64,000 bases of DNA from Octopus vulgaris. Taxonomy: Eukaryota. Position 1 is the stretch's first letter, and every line of letters begins with the position of its first letter. Below are positions 26,691 to 39,500 of the stretch, piece by piece. The stretch spans positions 36,332,001 through 36,396,000 of the forward strand of contig OX597820.1 in assembly GCA_951406725.2 (NCBI GenBank), in the 5' to 3' direction. The position numbers were made by a program, and so were the translations under genes. Below the pieces are notes generated by a model. It saw nothing but the letters and a program-made list of their open reading frames with translations. It did no database searches and was not told where the DNA came from.

Positions 26691-27530
26691 ATTTCACTAG
26701 TGTTGTACTACTAAAAAAGCACCTAATACATGCTGAAAAGTGATTGACATTAGGAAGAGAGCCCAGTCATAAAAACTGTGCCAAAGCACACATTGGAGTA
26801 TTTTGCAGTTCACAAACCTATCAAGTCTTGATAAACCATCCAACACATGCCAGCATGGAATATGGACAAGATGATATATTAGCTCAGATTTAGGGAAGAT
26901 TGAATTTTCCCTTTTGGTTTTATATTGCATGTAGCTGCCTATGTCCTTTTGTAATTTTCACATCAGCATTTTCTAACTCAGCCATGAATTTATATGGTAA
27001 ATATATATATACTGACAATCTGGATTTAGCCAAACCATTCAGCGATGGAGTAGTCACTGTTGATGAGTCTGCAATTTTACAAATAAAACTCATCTAGTCC
27101 AGTGATCTAGCCTTGCTTATGGGATGGTTATCTCCCCTATCACTATATAAAAATGTGCTTCCTTGCAGTTCTAAGGGTTTTAACTCTTATAGCATCTTCA
27201 GTCACATTTAGTGACAATTGAATCTTCCTTGTTGGTTTTATATTACATATGGCTATCTACATTTTACATATATATATATATATATATATCACATATATAT
27301 CATCAGTTGTTCGTATATCTTCTATCTGAAAAAGAAGCACACTCTAGGAATATTTGATTCTGAGTTGCCTTTACTACTAAACACTTTATAAGTCACTCCA
27401 GTCACATATATACGAGTGAGTGGACAAATGAAAGAAGGGCACTCAACAATTTATTGGGAGTTTCATGTATGGATCAAAACAGTCTGATTCAAATTCATTG
27501 GTACTCTTGAGTATGAACGAATTTGAATCG

Positions 27531-28103
27531 TCAGCCATTTTGAATTTGAATGACAGAAGTTGATTGTTATTACTGTAAGGTGGGCTGTGATTGATCAAGA
27601 AAGGTCATGCAGTGTTGTGGTTTGATGTTGATACATGGGTACATGCATGTGAATATAAATATGTACATATGAACGAATATGCATGTGTGTGTGTGCGTAT
27701 GCATGTATGAGTGCATGTGTGTATATGCATGTGTATGTTTGTGCGTGTGTATGCATGTGTATTCATTTAATTGTGTGTGTGTGTGCAGACATGTGCATGC
27801 ATGCTCATATACAGATGTGCACACTCACATCAATATACACATATAAGCGCATCTACACACCCACATATAGAATTATATACTTGCACATGCCGCCCATTCC
27901 TACTTCCACCCCCAACAACCTGGCTGATTTTCTGAACACCACGTAGTCTATTTCCTGTTCACACTATATGGTATTTTCCAATTAACTGTTATGCATATAC
28001 CAACATCAGACCACAACATCATGTGACCTTCTGTGACCAATCACAGCCCACCTTATGGTAATAACAATCAACTTCTGTCATTCAAATTCAAAATGGCTGA
28101 TGA
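27531..28103. repeat. ~110-bp inverted repeat pair (27531-27638 / 27994-28103)
   Basis: tcagccattttgaatttgaatgacagaagttgattgttattac...gtgggctgtgattg versus caatcacagcccacc...gtaataacaatcaacttctgtcattcaaattcaaaatggctga. Confidence 0.9.
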
Positions 28104-28113
28104 CTGTTTTGAT

Positions 28114-28159
<46 letters not shown>

Positions 28160-28174
28160 TTATATATAATAATA

Positions 28175-29337
28175 ATATTAGGGAGTATAACTCCAAACTG
28201 ACAGGGCAAAATTCAATTTAGTATTAAATCAAATTTCACAATATAAATATATAAAATATAAATTAGAGATAAAGCCACTATTATGCAACTCAAACAGTGA
28301 TAGACATAAACTAAAACATAAATAACAAATAAAAAATATTTTTATAAAACATATAACTAGATCTCAAAAAGTATAAAAATGAATAATCAATATATAATAA
28401 GTAAAAAACTACATACGTTTCATGGCTACAATTAAATTCGAATTACAATTAAATTTAAATTTGATTGAAATAGATTCAATTTAAAATTATAGTCAATCTA
28501 TGAATAATAATAGTTAAATAAATAAGCAAATAGAGTTAAACAATATTTATTTTAAAAATAAATAAAATATTTTTTTCTTATAGAAAAAACTCCATTAACT
28601 AAAATTGAAACTTAAAACATTAGGATTATTTCCTACAACACATTTATTATGTTAAATATTTAATATTTAAGGTAAAAAAAAAAAGAAAGAAAGAAAGAAA
28701 GAAAGAGTAAATAGATAGAAATATGTATTTATCTGTGAGGATATAATTTAGCTTAAAAAACATTAATAAACTATCGGATATCTTTAACTCAGTTATACTC
28801 CAATATTTAATTACCAAATTATTTAACAAAATAATCACTATTAATATTTTTAGATTTTAGCATGCATATAATAATTATAGAATAATAAATACATAAAAAT
28901 AAGTATCTAAATTATAATCAACAAATATAGTAATTAAAAATCTAAAATTTTTTCTGTCAATAAATGTATAAACATATAACCAAAAATAAATTAGTCCATT
29001 ATTACTTACATAAATATTATAGATATCTATAGAAAATATTTATGAAATACAATTTAAGAATTGAAAAATTCAAATTAAAAATGTATAACCTATCTTTATA
29101 AAATACTTATTATTATTATCATCACTATTATCATCACTATTATCAAAAACATTTTACGATCTATATCGCAAAGTGACTAACTAATATCTTAAAATTTATG
29201 TTCAGATATAATAATTATATACTAATAATAATTAAATAAATGTACATATCTAAATTATCATTAACAAATAAAAACATTATAAATTCAAATTTAACAATCA
29301 ATAGTTATATAGAATACAATAATATTTCTTAAATAAA
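28175..29337 (-). mobile_element. Extremely AT-rich Penelope-like remnant
   Basis: Shares gagataaa.ccactatta.gcaa.tcaaacagtga with 10905-10950. The minus strand has stem II tgactataatt/aattgtagcca followed by GAAACgtatGTA (~28408-28495), a decayed hammerhead. Confidence 0.5.
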
Positions 29338-29405
29338 AAAGTTTACTTATCTCTTGAAAAGCATGTCATTTTAATGACACACTTTTCGAGAGATAAGTAA
29401 ACTTT
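29338..29405. repeat. ~33-bp-arm palindrome
   Basis: aaagtttacttatctcttgaaaagcatgtcatt-tt-aatgacacacttttcgagagataagtaaacttt. Confidence 0.9.
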
Positions 29406-30232
29406 CATATATTATATCTTGACATATCATATTATAACATTTTATCGTAACATATTTTTTTATTCAGCCATATTCTCTCTTTCTAGTCATGTCATATATA
29501 TTTTACGATGTCACATCATGTCTGGCTATATCCTACCATATTTTATGATCATTCATCATCAAATATGCTTGCTTGTTCTTGTTTGTTTTTAAACATATTT
29601 AACCATACCATAATTCTTGTTGTGTTACCTTTAACATTATGTATTTTAATGCCATACATAATGTATCAACATCATCATCATCATCATCATTGTCTTAATG
29701 TCCACCTTTCTATGCTTGAATGGGTCAAATGAAATTCATTGAGGAAGATTTTCTATGGTTGGATGCCTTTCCTGTTAACAACCCTAACTTGTTCCCAAGC
29801 AACATAATATTTCCTCATGGCAGGACATGTTTTCAGGAATAATTGGAATTGACATCACTTGTATGACAGAGACACTCACAAGTATTACATAATGTCAAGA
29901 CAAGGGGACACAAACACATGCATACATACATACATTCATACTTGCATGCATGTATACACACACGCACGCACACACACACACACACACATGCACATGCACG
30001 CACACGCATGCACACAAATGTGTGTGACGACCTTCTTTCAGTTTCTGCCTACCAAATCCAGTACACATCTCATAAGGCTTTGGTTGATTCAGGGCTATAG
30101 TAGTGGACTCTCGCCCAAATTGTCATGCAATGGGAATGAACCTGAAACCATGTGGTTTGGAAGCAAACCTCTTAGTCACTCAGTCATGCCTGTGTCTATA
30201 ATATCATATATATATATATATATATATATATG

Positions 30233-30274
<42 letters not shown>

Positions 30275-30275
<1 letters not shown>

Positions 30276-30439
30276 TATTTAAAACAGTTTGATTTGGTCC
30301 CATGCTACTTCAAGTTTTGCAAGCCCCTAATAGGAGCCCAACTCCTTCAGGCATTTCAGGGGCTTGAAGGAATTGGGCTCCTGTTAGGGGCCTGTGAAAC
30401 TTGAAGTAGCATGGAACCAAATCAAACTGTTTTAAATAA
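30275..30439. repeat. ~78-bp-arm hairpin; each arm carries a degenerate hammerhead motif
   Basis: ttatttaaaacagtttgatttggtcccatgctacttcaag...ccttcaggc versus gcttgaagg...cttgaagtagcatggaaccaaatcaaactgttttaaataa. Confidence 0.9.
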
Positions 30440-30522
30440 ACCATGTAACTCCTACTAAATGTGCTGAGTACCCTTTTCTTTCATTTGTCCACTCACTGAT
30501 ATATATATATATATATGTATAT

Positions 30523-31540
30523 ATCATCATCATCATCATCATCATCATCATCGTTTAACGTCTGCTTTCCTTGCTGGCACGCGTTGGACAGTTTGATATG
30601 GAGCTGGTCAGCTGGGATCTGTCCAGGCTCCAATTGTCTCTTGTGACATAGTCTCTATGGCTGGATGCCCTTCCTAATGCCAGCCACTTAACAGAATGTG
30701 CTTGGTGCTATTTACGTGTCACCAGTATGGGTATATTTACACAACAGCCGCATGGGTACAGTTATGCAGCATCAGTATGAGTGCCTTTTATATGGCACCA
30801 AAACCTGAAAGGACCAGCCTGTATGTGTGGAAGACAGTGATTTTATTTAGCGTGATGCATCTTATCAAGTACAGCAAATCGTCACACCTCCCAGTCCCTT
30901 GTCATTCCCTCAGTGAGGACCAGTGTCTGAAGATCCTTTCATACCACTTTGTGCTACATCTTCCTGGGTCTACCTCTTCTACACATACCCTCAATAATTA
31001 GAGCTCAACACTTCTTTACACTGCTGTCCTTATTCATACACATCACATGACTAAACCAGCTCTGTCTTCTCTCTTATACATAGCATCTGATGCCTATTAT
31101 ACCAAGTTTTCCTCTTAAATCATTTACAATCTGTCATGTATTCACACTGACATTACCCATCCAGTGGAGCATGCTAACTTCATTTCTTTCAATCCTTTAC
31201 AAGTCCTCAGTAATGAAAGCATCATACAATCTGCCTTTCACTCTGAGGGAGAGGCCCTTAGTTTCCAACAAAGGTAGAAGCTCTCTGAACTTTACCCAAC
31301 ACGTTCATATTCTAGCAACTACACTTTCAGAACTTTCTCCACCACTGCTAACTTAGTTTCCATTCTCCATTAATCTTCTTGTGATACCATTACACCTCTT
31401 ATGTTTCCAAAGCTTGTACTGGGTACAACATATGGAGTTTCTACCAACATCCTTCTTACATACTGAGCAGAGTAATCTCCCAGAAGGTACTTGGGATTTG
31501 ACTGTTTTCCTATTTACTAGGACTTAAGTTTTTTCTAAAT
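30523..31540 (-). mobile_element. RTE LINE 3' portion (ORF end, 3'UTR, (GAT)n tail)
   Basis: Reverse complement of the segments seen at 55100-55460 (plus strand agcatcatacaatctgcctttcactctgagggagagg), followed by the RTE tail. Confidence 0.8.
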
Positions 31541-31847
31541 TATATATATATATATATATATATTGCAACATCATACCTTGTTTTGTTGAACCATTTCTTA
31601 TATTTTATGAGTGATGAAATAGCAAAATCAGGAGAGTACTTGATTAAATGCCTTGCAGTATTAAGTTAAAGCTGTTCTGAGTTCAATTCCTGCCAAAATC
31701 AAATTTCTTTCATCATCATCATCATCATCGTTTCATGTATTGATTAAATAAATACCAGTCATATATGGATGGAGAGTGTAGATATAATTGACTGTTCTCA
31801 TCCTCAAACTTTTTCATGTCATAATGTCAGTTCTCTCTCTGTTTCAG

Positions 31848-32335
31848 TGATCTCCCTTGTCACAGCCAACAGACAATCCGATGGTCGGAATCCATCGCGG
31901 TACAATGAACTTGGAGGACGTGACCGTTCAGATGACAGAAGTCGAATGAGTAACACACATGATGACAGAGATCGAAGAGGCAATGCACGAGATGATCGTG
32001 GCGATCGTGGTGATCGAGTTGACCGAGACCGAGACCGAGACCGAGACCGTGGGAGCCGTGATGACCGTCATGATCGCATGGATCACAGTGACATGGATGA
32101 CCACAACGACCGTGACATTGTCTATAACTCCATTGTCAATCCCAATGAGCGTGGCATCAGCCATAGTCCAGATGATGGTCATAACCATGGATATACTCAT
32201 AACTCTGACCATGAGGACAACACCCGGGCCAACAAACATGGTAAGGAGAATGGTGGTGCTTCAATTGGATCCCAACTCTCTTGGTTCCAAAGGATTGTGT
32301 TGGCTGGAACATCACTACTGATGGTTGTTATGTAA
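31848..32335 (+). CDS. Orphan secreted/GPI-anchored RD/H-rich protein, terminal coding exon
   Basis: Acceptor ttctctctctgtttcAG| at 31847; a 488-nt stop-free, GC- and CpG-rich frame in an AT-rich background. Encodes ISLVTA-NRQSDGR...RDDRGDRGDRVDRDRDRDRDR...HSPDDGHNHGYTHNSDHED...ENGGASIGSQLSWFQRIVLAGTSLLMVVM*. Confidence 0.8.
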
Positions 32336-32422
32336 GGGAATGATTTCCACCACCACCATCATCCCCACCACAACATACACATAGTGAACAGTAGGGAGTG
32401 CATAATATACATATATACATAC

Positions 32423-32476
<54 letters not shown>

Positions 32477-32863
32477 ATACATGTATGTGTATATATAAGA
32501 GACAGGTCCTTTATTGGATCATATGTAACCGGGGAAGCTACCATTTTAAAGTTTCCTCATTAGTGGACTGTTTGTAGGAAATCATAGATTTGAGTGTTAG
32601 TTTTGTATAGAACATCGTTTCCTCCTGCCCCCTCTTCTCTGATCCTCTGTGCAGGTCACTTTTTCAGATCAACTCAGTGTTTAATACATGAGTATTAGTG
32701 TGTACAGTAATGTGTTATCGTGTTTAATGTATACCACTGTGTTTTAGCTCATCTATGTTAGGGTATATAATTCTGAATATTATTATGTATTAAAGATTTT
32801 AATAATTATTGTGTAGCTGTAATCTTACAATGTACTAGTATATAACCTGTACACCAAAGGACT

Positions 32864-32869
32864 ATTAAA
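32864..32869 (+). terminator. Candidate polyadenylation signal of the orphan gene
   Basis: ATTAAA followed ~25 nt later by a U/GU-rich tract (ggcttttgttcttttttgttcttc); a second ATTAAA sits at 32789. Confidence 0.45.
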
Positions 32870-33538
32870 GAATCCATCAAATTTAACAGAATGGCTTTTG
32901 TTCTTTTTTGTTCTTCTTTTAATTCTTTCTGTCTTTGTTCCTTGGAGGTTTTTTTTTTTTTTTTTTTTTAACAGAGAAAGCCTTTAAGTGGCTTTGGATA
33001 AAGAAGGCAGACCAATGGTTTGCTGCTACTTGGTTGCAAGCTGGGATTTGATAAAAACCAGCTCGGTTAACTAGGTAAGGGGGTTCTGATGCTGAAAGAT
33101 CTTTACCACCTAGGACTCCAGGAATATCACTGACAATGCATGTCATAGTATCTGTAAGATGTATCTTAAAACCAAACATGATTCTCATTCAGATTAACAA
33201 CAAACTTAACCAAAAATAATAATGTTAATAACAAAAAGAGCAAGAACATTGACAACAACAATGACAACAACCACAACAGAGGGACTTAAATTTAGGTCTG
33301 CCATCAGCCTTATGATTCTTAAGACCAAAGTTTGACCTGGTTTGCATGGCATTTAAGTTACTCAGATTGCAACCACTTTCACTGGTTTGTTTGGGAATTA
33401 ACTTCCTGGCAATTGGTGGAACTCATTTACAGCTGAATGAACTGATGCAACATGAAATGAAATGTTTCACTCAAGAGTACAACTCACTGCCCAGTCTGAG
33501 AATTGAAACCCAATTTTATGATAGTGAGTACATCTTAG

Positions 33539-35554
33539 GGTTAACCACCAGTTTCTGACCTGGCAAAAAAATGAAAAAAAAATTGTGTAATAGGTGTAAA
33601 ACAATATGTAGTAAATGAATATACAAACGAAGAATGTGTGCTGGTGAATAAGGGGGAGACGACTCGGAATGGGAGAGATGACTCAGAGAGATGACTCAGA
33701 ATGGGAGAGATGACTCAGAATGGGAGAGACAACTTGGAGAGACGACTTGGAATGGTAGAGACGACTCGGAGAGATGATTCAGAATGGGAGAGACAACTCA
33801 GAGGGATGACTCAGAATGGGAGAGACGACTTGGAATGGGAGAGATGACTCAGAATGGGAGAGACAACTTGGAGAGACGACTTGGAATGGGAGAGACGACT
33901 CAGAAAGATGATTCAGAATGGGAGAGGCAACTCAGAGAGATGACTCGGAATGGGAGAGATGACTCAGAATGGGAGAGACAACTCAGAATGGGAGAGATGA
34001 CTTGGAAAAATCACATCGGGAATGTTCCAAGTCCTCTCACCACTTCTCTGTTTGTCGGTGCTAATTTTTTTCTTCATATTCATTTACTACGCATTATTTT
34101 ATACCTAGTACATTATTTTTTTTCAATTTTTGTGATGGGGGTGGGTGGGATGCGGACCCAGATAATTCACATGATCCAGTAACCCGAATTTGACACCCAG
34201 CCACCAAAAGAAAAAAGAAAAAGTGCAATAGGTGTAAAATAATGTGTACTAAATGATGATGAAAAAAAATGTGCACTGGCAAACAGCGGGGTAAGGACAA
34301 GACTCAGAAAATTCACACAATCAAACTCACAGGATCCAGAAACTCAATGTTAACACCCAGTCACAAAAATGAAAAGCAGTGGAAAGTTTTGTAATTAGGG
34401 GCAGAGTAGGGGTGAATATTTAAAAGAATTTGCAGTGCGTAAGATGTTTGTAAGCAATTCCAGAACAACAAAAACCATTAGTTTCACTACAACATTTAAA
34501 TTTCATTTGTGTCTAAATATTTTCGTTCTTTGAAACCACAACAAAACCCTGACAAAAATTCGTGCTACATCTGTTTTGTCTGTGAACAAGTTGCGGTTTC
34601 AAAGCAACAAAAATATTTAGACACAAATGAGATTTAAAAAGTTGCAGTGAAACTAACGGTTTTTGCTTTTTTTTTGTTTTTCTTTTTTTGTTTTTTCTTG
34701 TTCTTCAATGGTTTACAAACATCTATGCTGCAATTGTTTCTGTTAATACCATTATACAGAAGACAGAATTGAAAACATTTTGTGTGCATATTTTTGTTTT
34801 CATCTTTGTTTACAGCATAGATAATTTTTCCTCTGAAATGCCTCCTTTGGCCTCCAGGACACATTTGTCAGCCCGAGGCTATAGTTGAAGATATTTGCCC
34901 AAGGTGCCATGCAGTGAGACTGAACCCAGAACCATGTGGTTGGGAAGAATATCCATTTTCTTGAGGGAAAAAATCAGATTGTGTGAATTTTCCTGGTCCT
35001 CTCCCCACTCTTGTTCGCCAGCACAGACTTTTTTTCATATTCGTTTACTACATGTTGCTTTACACCTATTACACTATCTTCTTTTCATTTTTGTGACCGA
35101 GTGTTAACTTCGAGTTTTCGGATCCTGTGAGTTTTAACACGTGAATTTTCTGTGAGTGCTGTCCTCACCCCACCCCATTTGCCAGCGCACATGTTTTTCA
35201 TAATCGTTTAGTACACATTATTTTACACCTATTGCACTTTTTTTTTTTGGTGGGTCATGTGAATTATCTGAATCTGCACCCCACCCACCCTCATCACAAA
35301 AATTGTACTAGGAATAAAATAATGTGTTGTAAACAAAGATGAAGAAAAAAATTGCACTGACAAACAGGGAAGTGGTGAGAGGACTTGGAACATTCCCAAA
35401 GTGAATTTTCTAAGTCGTCTTTCTCCCCAACCCCATTCGCTAGCGTGCATTTTTTTTTTTTCTTTTTGCATATTCATTTACTACATGTTGTTTTACACCT
35501 ATTACACTATTTAAAAAAATTTTTTTTGCCCGGGTCAGAAATTGGAGATTAACC
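33539..35554. mobile_element. Foldback-type DNA transposon with long modular TIRs and 8-bp TSD
   Basis: TSD CATCTTAG at 33531-33538 and 35555-35562; ends GGTTAA...TTAACC. Arms ~33539-34380 and ~34975-35554 are reverse complements. The element splits a SINE tail. Confidence 0.85.
33655..34005. repeat. Minisatellite of ~20-bp and ~13-bp units (gggagagatgactcagaat) in the left foldback arm
   Basis: Direct reading; only about one unit is present in the right arm. Confidence 0.9.
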
Positions 35555-35859
35555 CATCTTAGCCACTAGGCAACAAGCCTTCACAGTATCAAACAGTGAG
35601 AACAGCCAAAAAAAAGAAAAATACAATGAGAATATCGAAATCAACAAGAACAAAAAGCATGAGAATATCAATAACAATAACAACAATAATAACAACAAAA
35701 AGAAGATAAAAAAACAGCAATGAATCTTTGGAGCAGACTTAATTTGAAAAAAATATTTTGATATCAGTGATGAAACTTAAGCTAAGAACAGTTGTACTAA
35801 AGATAACAGTTGAATTAATGTGAGTTACACAAATGTCTATGATGTAAAGCTGTTACAAA

Positions 35860-36295
35860 GACACCATTAAGGGCTTTTTTGGACGACCTTACTCTTTTAT
35901 CAGAAAGTAGGAAAGCAGCAGAGAGAACGTTAGAGCAGTTGGACGAAGTGATAGGATGGGCAAGAATGAAATTCAAAGCCAAAAAACCTCGCTGGGGCTG
36001 CCTGCTGGAGCTTAGCAGCAGGTATTCAAAGGGAAATTTGACAAGACACTCAGTCGCCCACTAACACTCGTTGACGCTACATCGAAGAGGCCAGGGAACA
36101 GAAGAAAGAAGGAGAAAGAAGACATGCACCCAACACCAGAGCTGAAGACACCTCCAAAAGGTGGGGGTGCCATGTCAAAACGGTAGAGGAGTAGGGGCCG
36201 AAACTGGACGTGGTTCCTCCTGATGATGTCTTGAGCTAACTGGATCCTATAAAGGAGCTGTTGTGGTAGCAGACCACGAAACACGGTTGAAATGC
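35860..36295 (+). mobile_element. R2-superfamily (Hero/NeSL-like) LINE fragment
   Basis: PLRAFLDDLTLLSESRKAAERTLEQLDEVIGWARMKFKAKK resembles the RT core F(M/L)DD plus the W.RMKFK..K motif. It is joined directly to a GC-richer segment that may be the element's 3' end. Confidence 0.55.
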
Positions 36296-36297
36296 CT

Positions 36298-36835
36298 ATG
36301 TGTCAGTGGTGTGAGATGTGTGTCGGTGGAGTGTGATGAATGTGTCAGAGGTGTGTGTTGTGTGTGTCATGGGATTTATATTGTGGCATGTGATGTATGT
36401 GTGTAGCATGTGATGTATGCGCTGGTTGTGTGTGATATATGTATCGGTGTTGTATGATATGTATGTGTGTGACATGGATATCAATTGTATGTGATGTATA
36501 TTACAGTGGTATGAAATGTGTTTATCAGCTGTGCTGATGTGTGTTTCAGTGATGTGTGACATATGTATCAGTTGTGTGTTATGTGTGTCAATGTTGTGAG
36601 ATGTGTGAGTTGTGTGTGATGTGAGTTTCAGTGGTGTGAGATGTGTGTGTCAGTAGCGTGTAGTATGTGTGTTAGTGGTGTGTGATGTATGTGTTAGTTT
36701 TGTGTTATGTGTGTGTCAATTGTGTATGTGTGTGACAGTTGTATGAGATGTGTGTGTCAGTTTTGTGTGATGTGTGTGTCAGTGATGTGTGATATAAGTG
36801 TCAACTGTGTGTGACAATGGTGTGTATGAAATTGT
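36298..36835. repeat. Degenerate GT-rich minisatellite (gtgtgtcagtggtgtgtgat-like)
   Basis: Direct reading. Confidence 0.8.
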
Positions 36836-39224
36836 GTAATATATTTCTTTATTACCCACAAGGGGCTAAACATAGAGAGGACAGACAAAGGGATTAAGTC
36901 GATTACATCGACCCCAGTGCGAAACTGGTACTTTATTTATCGACCCCGAAAGGATGAAAGGCAAAGTCGGTGGAATTTGAACTCAGAACATAACGACAGA
37001 CGAAATACCACTAAGCATTTCGCCCAGCGTGCTGTGTCAATTGTGTATGATGGGTCAGCTGTGTATGACATATATGTAGATTGTCTTTGATGTATATGTC
37101 AGTGGCATGTGATGTATATGAGCAACAGTAGTACCTGGCATCCTATTCAGGGTGGAGTTGAGTCATGTACTCTGAGCCTAAACACTCTGAGAATCCAGCT
37201 AAGCTCCAGCTTCATGACATTGTAAGCTCAAGGTTTAATTTTGGTTACCCAACGCCATGATAACGCCTCACCCAAAGTGCTGACAGTGCAATAGGACATG
37301 AAACCACATAGTTGCAAAGGGAATTTCTTAACTACACAGACATACCTGCAATCTGTATTTGACTTTCATTATCATTAGCAGCCGCAGTCTTTTGCTTCTA
37401 TTCCATGCTGGCATGGGTTGGACAATTTTGCTGGAGTATGTTTAACAGCCAGATGCTCTTCTTGTTGCCAACCCTTTTTGTCACCTCTTATGATGACACA
37501 GGGTCACAGAGTACCTATTCTAAAACTAGAATACACATGGTGCATGTATGTGACCTTCAGAAATATAAATATTTTAAATTAGTCATGGAGCAGATGGAAT
37601 ATAATGATTGCCAAGTGGGAAACATCAGCAAGAGTGTAGTTGTTTAGCCCAGGTTAGCACGGGCAAGTAGAATTATAATTAAACTTATTCCAGCTATATC
37701 CATCTTGCTCTTATTTTTATTCTCATGCTTCATTTTATAAAGGCAATATGGTATGATTTCTGGAAGATTTTGGCTGCTATTTCTAGCAGGTTGAGCAACT
37801 ATGTAGCAGCGCCCTTAGTTTTGTTGTTGTTTAACCCCAGATCAACCCTGACTGATCAAAGCTATGACCAAAGTCATTCTGACAATTATCTTCTTGTCTT
37901 TTACTTTCATGTCCTTCCTTCATTATTTTAAGACAATGCAAAAGCTAACAGAACCACTGGGAAAATACATTGCTATATTTCTTCCAGCTGTTTCCATTTT
38001 ATCTCAAATCCCCTGCAATCAATCTTGCTCTTCATCCCTCCAAGGTCAATAAAATAAAGTACTTGTCATGTACTGAGGTCATGGCATCAGCTTACTCCTT
38101 CTCCTCAAATTTGCCGGTCTTGTTCCAAAATTTGAAACTATTATTTAAAGACAAGACAGTGGTGGGATTATAGGAAGATTTGATTGCTATTTCTAGAGGC
38201 TCCCAAGCTGGCTCATTAGCAGGTTTGGAGTAAATAACTCTAAATATCTTTTAGAACAAAAGTGGTGAGCTGGCAGAATCATTAGCACACCAGGGGAAAT
38301 GCTTAGTGGTATTTTATTTGTCTTCATGTTCTAGGTCCTAATTCTGCTGAGGTTGACTTTGCCTTTCATTCTTTTGGGGTTGATGAGATAAGTACCAGTT
38401 GAGTACTAGGGTCAATGTAATCAACTAATCCCGCACCCAGAATTGCTGGCCTTGTTCCAGGAATGGGTTAAGTCGGGGCTGGATAGCTGATGGTTATGTC
38501 TAAAAAATAAAATTATTTGATTATAAGTTGGCTGGAGCATGTCTGTGAGTGACTCTTTTAGGTGGCTCTTTCTGGATGCAGTCCAAGATGTATGCAAGTT
38601 CAGAGCAATTCTGTCCCATATATGGAAGAAATACACTATTGTGGGCTTCACTTTAACTTTGTAGGGTGCCAATAATTGTTGAGAGTTGAAGTAATTTCTT
38701 GCCCTGAAGAGACGGGCTAGTTGTTGAGCCTGCTATGTTGAGAATTTGCTTTTGCCAGGACAAGTCCTTGATAATAGCAAAACACAAAATTTGGAGTAAT
38801 CTTGAGGGCCTTACTTGCATGCTACTCCTTGTGATTAAGAGGACTGTGTTGCAATGATGCTTTCTTGATATGAGTAGCATTTGTATTTTCCTGCTGTAGG
38901 TTTCAAATTTTGTCATAAGGTCAGCAATTTTGGAGGTGAGGAAAATCAATTACATCAACTCCAGTACTCAGCTGGAACTTATTTTAAGCACCCTGAAGTG
39001 ATGAAAGACAAAATCAACCTCAGCAGAATTTTAAATCACAACATGAATATGGATAAAATACTGCTAAGCATTTTGCCCAGTGTACAAATGATTCTGCCAG
39101 CTCACCTCCCTTGAAAGAGATAATATTGGCATATCCTCATTAGAGAATAGTTATTAGATCATTGAGTCACTGCAGGCTTGGTATATGATCTCAAGATTAC
39201 ATGATTGGAGAATGCTCAAGAAGA

Positions 39225-39500
39225 ATGAAGTGGAGTGTCAAAAGCTTTGCTGATGTCAAGAGTGACAAACTTTACTGCTGCCAAATTTCTCCATGGCAAA
39301 ATCACACTGGTAACTAACAGAGAAGAGTAGGTTGACAATACATCTGGCTTTATGGAAACTGTATTGATAGTCATTAAGGAAAGAGATTCAAGTTGTTGGA
39401 GGACATCACTGCAAATGACTGTTTCTATTACCTTAGAACTATTAGAAAAGAATACTTTAGGATGACAGCAGGCAGGGTAAGAGAGGTTGTCTTTCTTGAA
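39225..39500 (-). mobile_element. Jockey/CR1-group RT fragment
   Basis: ORF 39216-39746 ends SKVIETVI...STYSSLL...VTLDISKAFD. Related pieces lie at 41040-41240 (QGSV motif) and 41465-41740 (KGNPSHPTNYHPISL). Confidence 0.6.

Noticed and set aside
31769-31847. ORF-track N-terminus MESVDIIDCSHPQTF... for the RD-rich protein
   Set aside because: It overlaps a decayed SINE remnant and a polypyrimidine tract/AG; splicing from 15110 gives a proper signal peptide instead.
31928-32321. Overlapping alternative ORFs (TETETE frame on +, SVSVSV frame on -)
   Set aside because: By-products of the repetitive GAC/CGA/GAT codons of the main frame; no independent start or splice support.
31848-32335. Possible reflectin or neuropeptide precursor
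   Set aside because: It lacks the Met/Tyr-rich reflectin motif, and it lacks repeated KR/RR-flanked amidated peptides.
33538-33544. piggyBac termini (GGGTTAA / TTAACCC)
   Set aside because: The TTAA lies inside the element ends, the wrong orientation for a piggyBac TSD; an outer CATCTTAG duplication explains the insertion.
33784-34182. 132-aa repetitive ORF (MGETTQRDDSEWERR...)
   Set aside because: Translation of a minisatellite within a foldback transposon arm.
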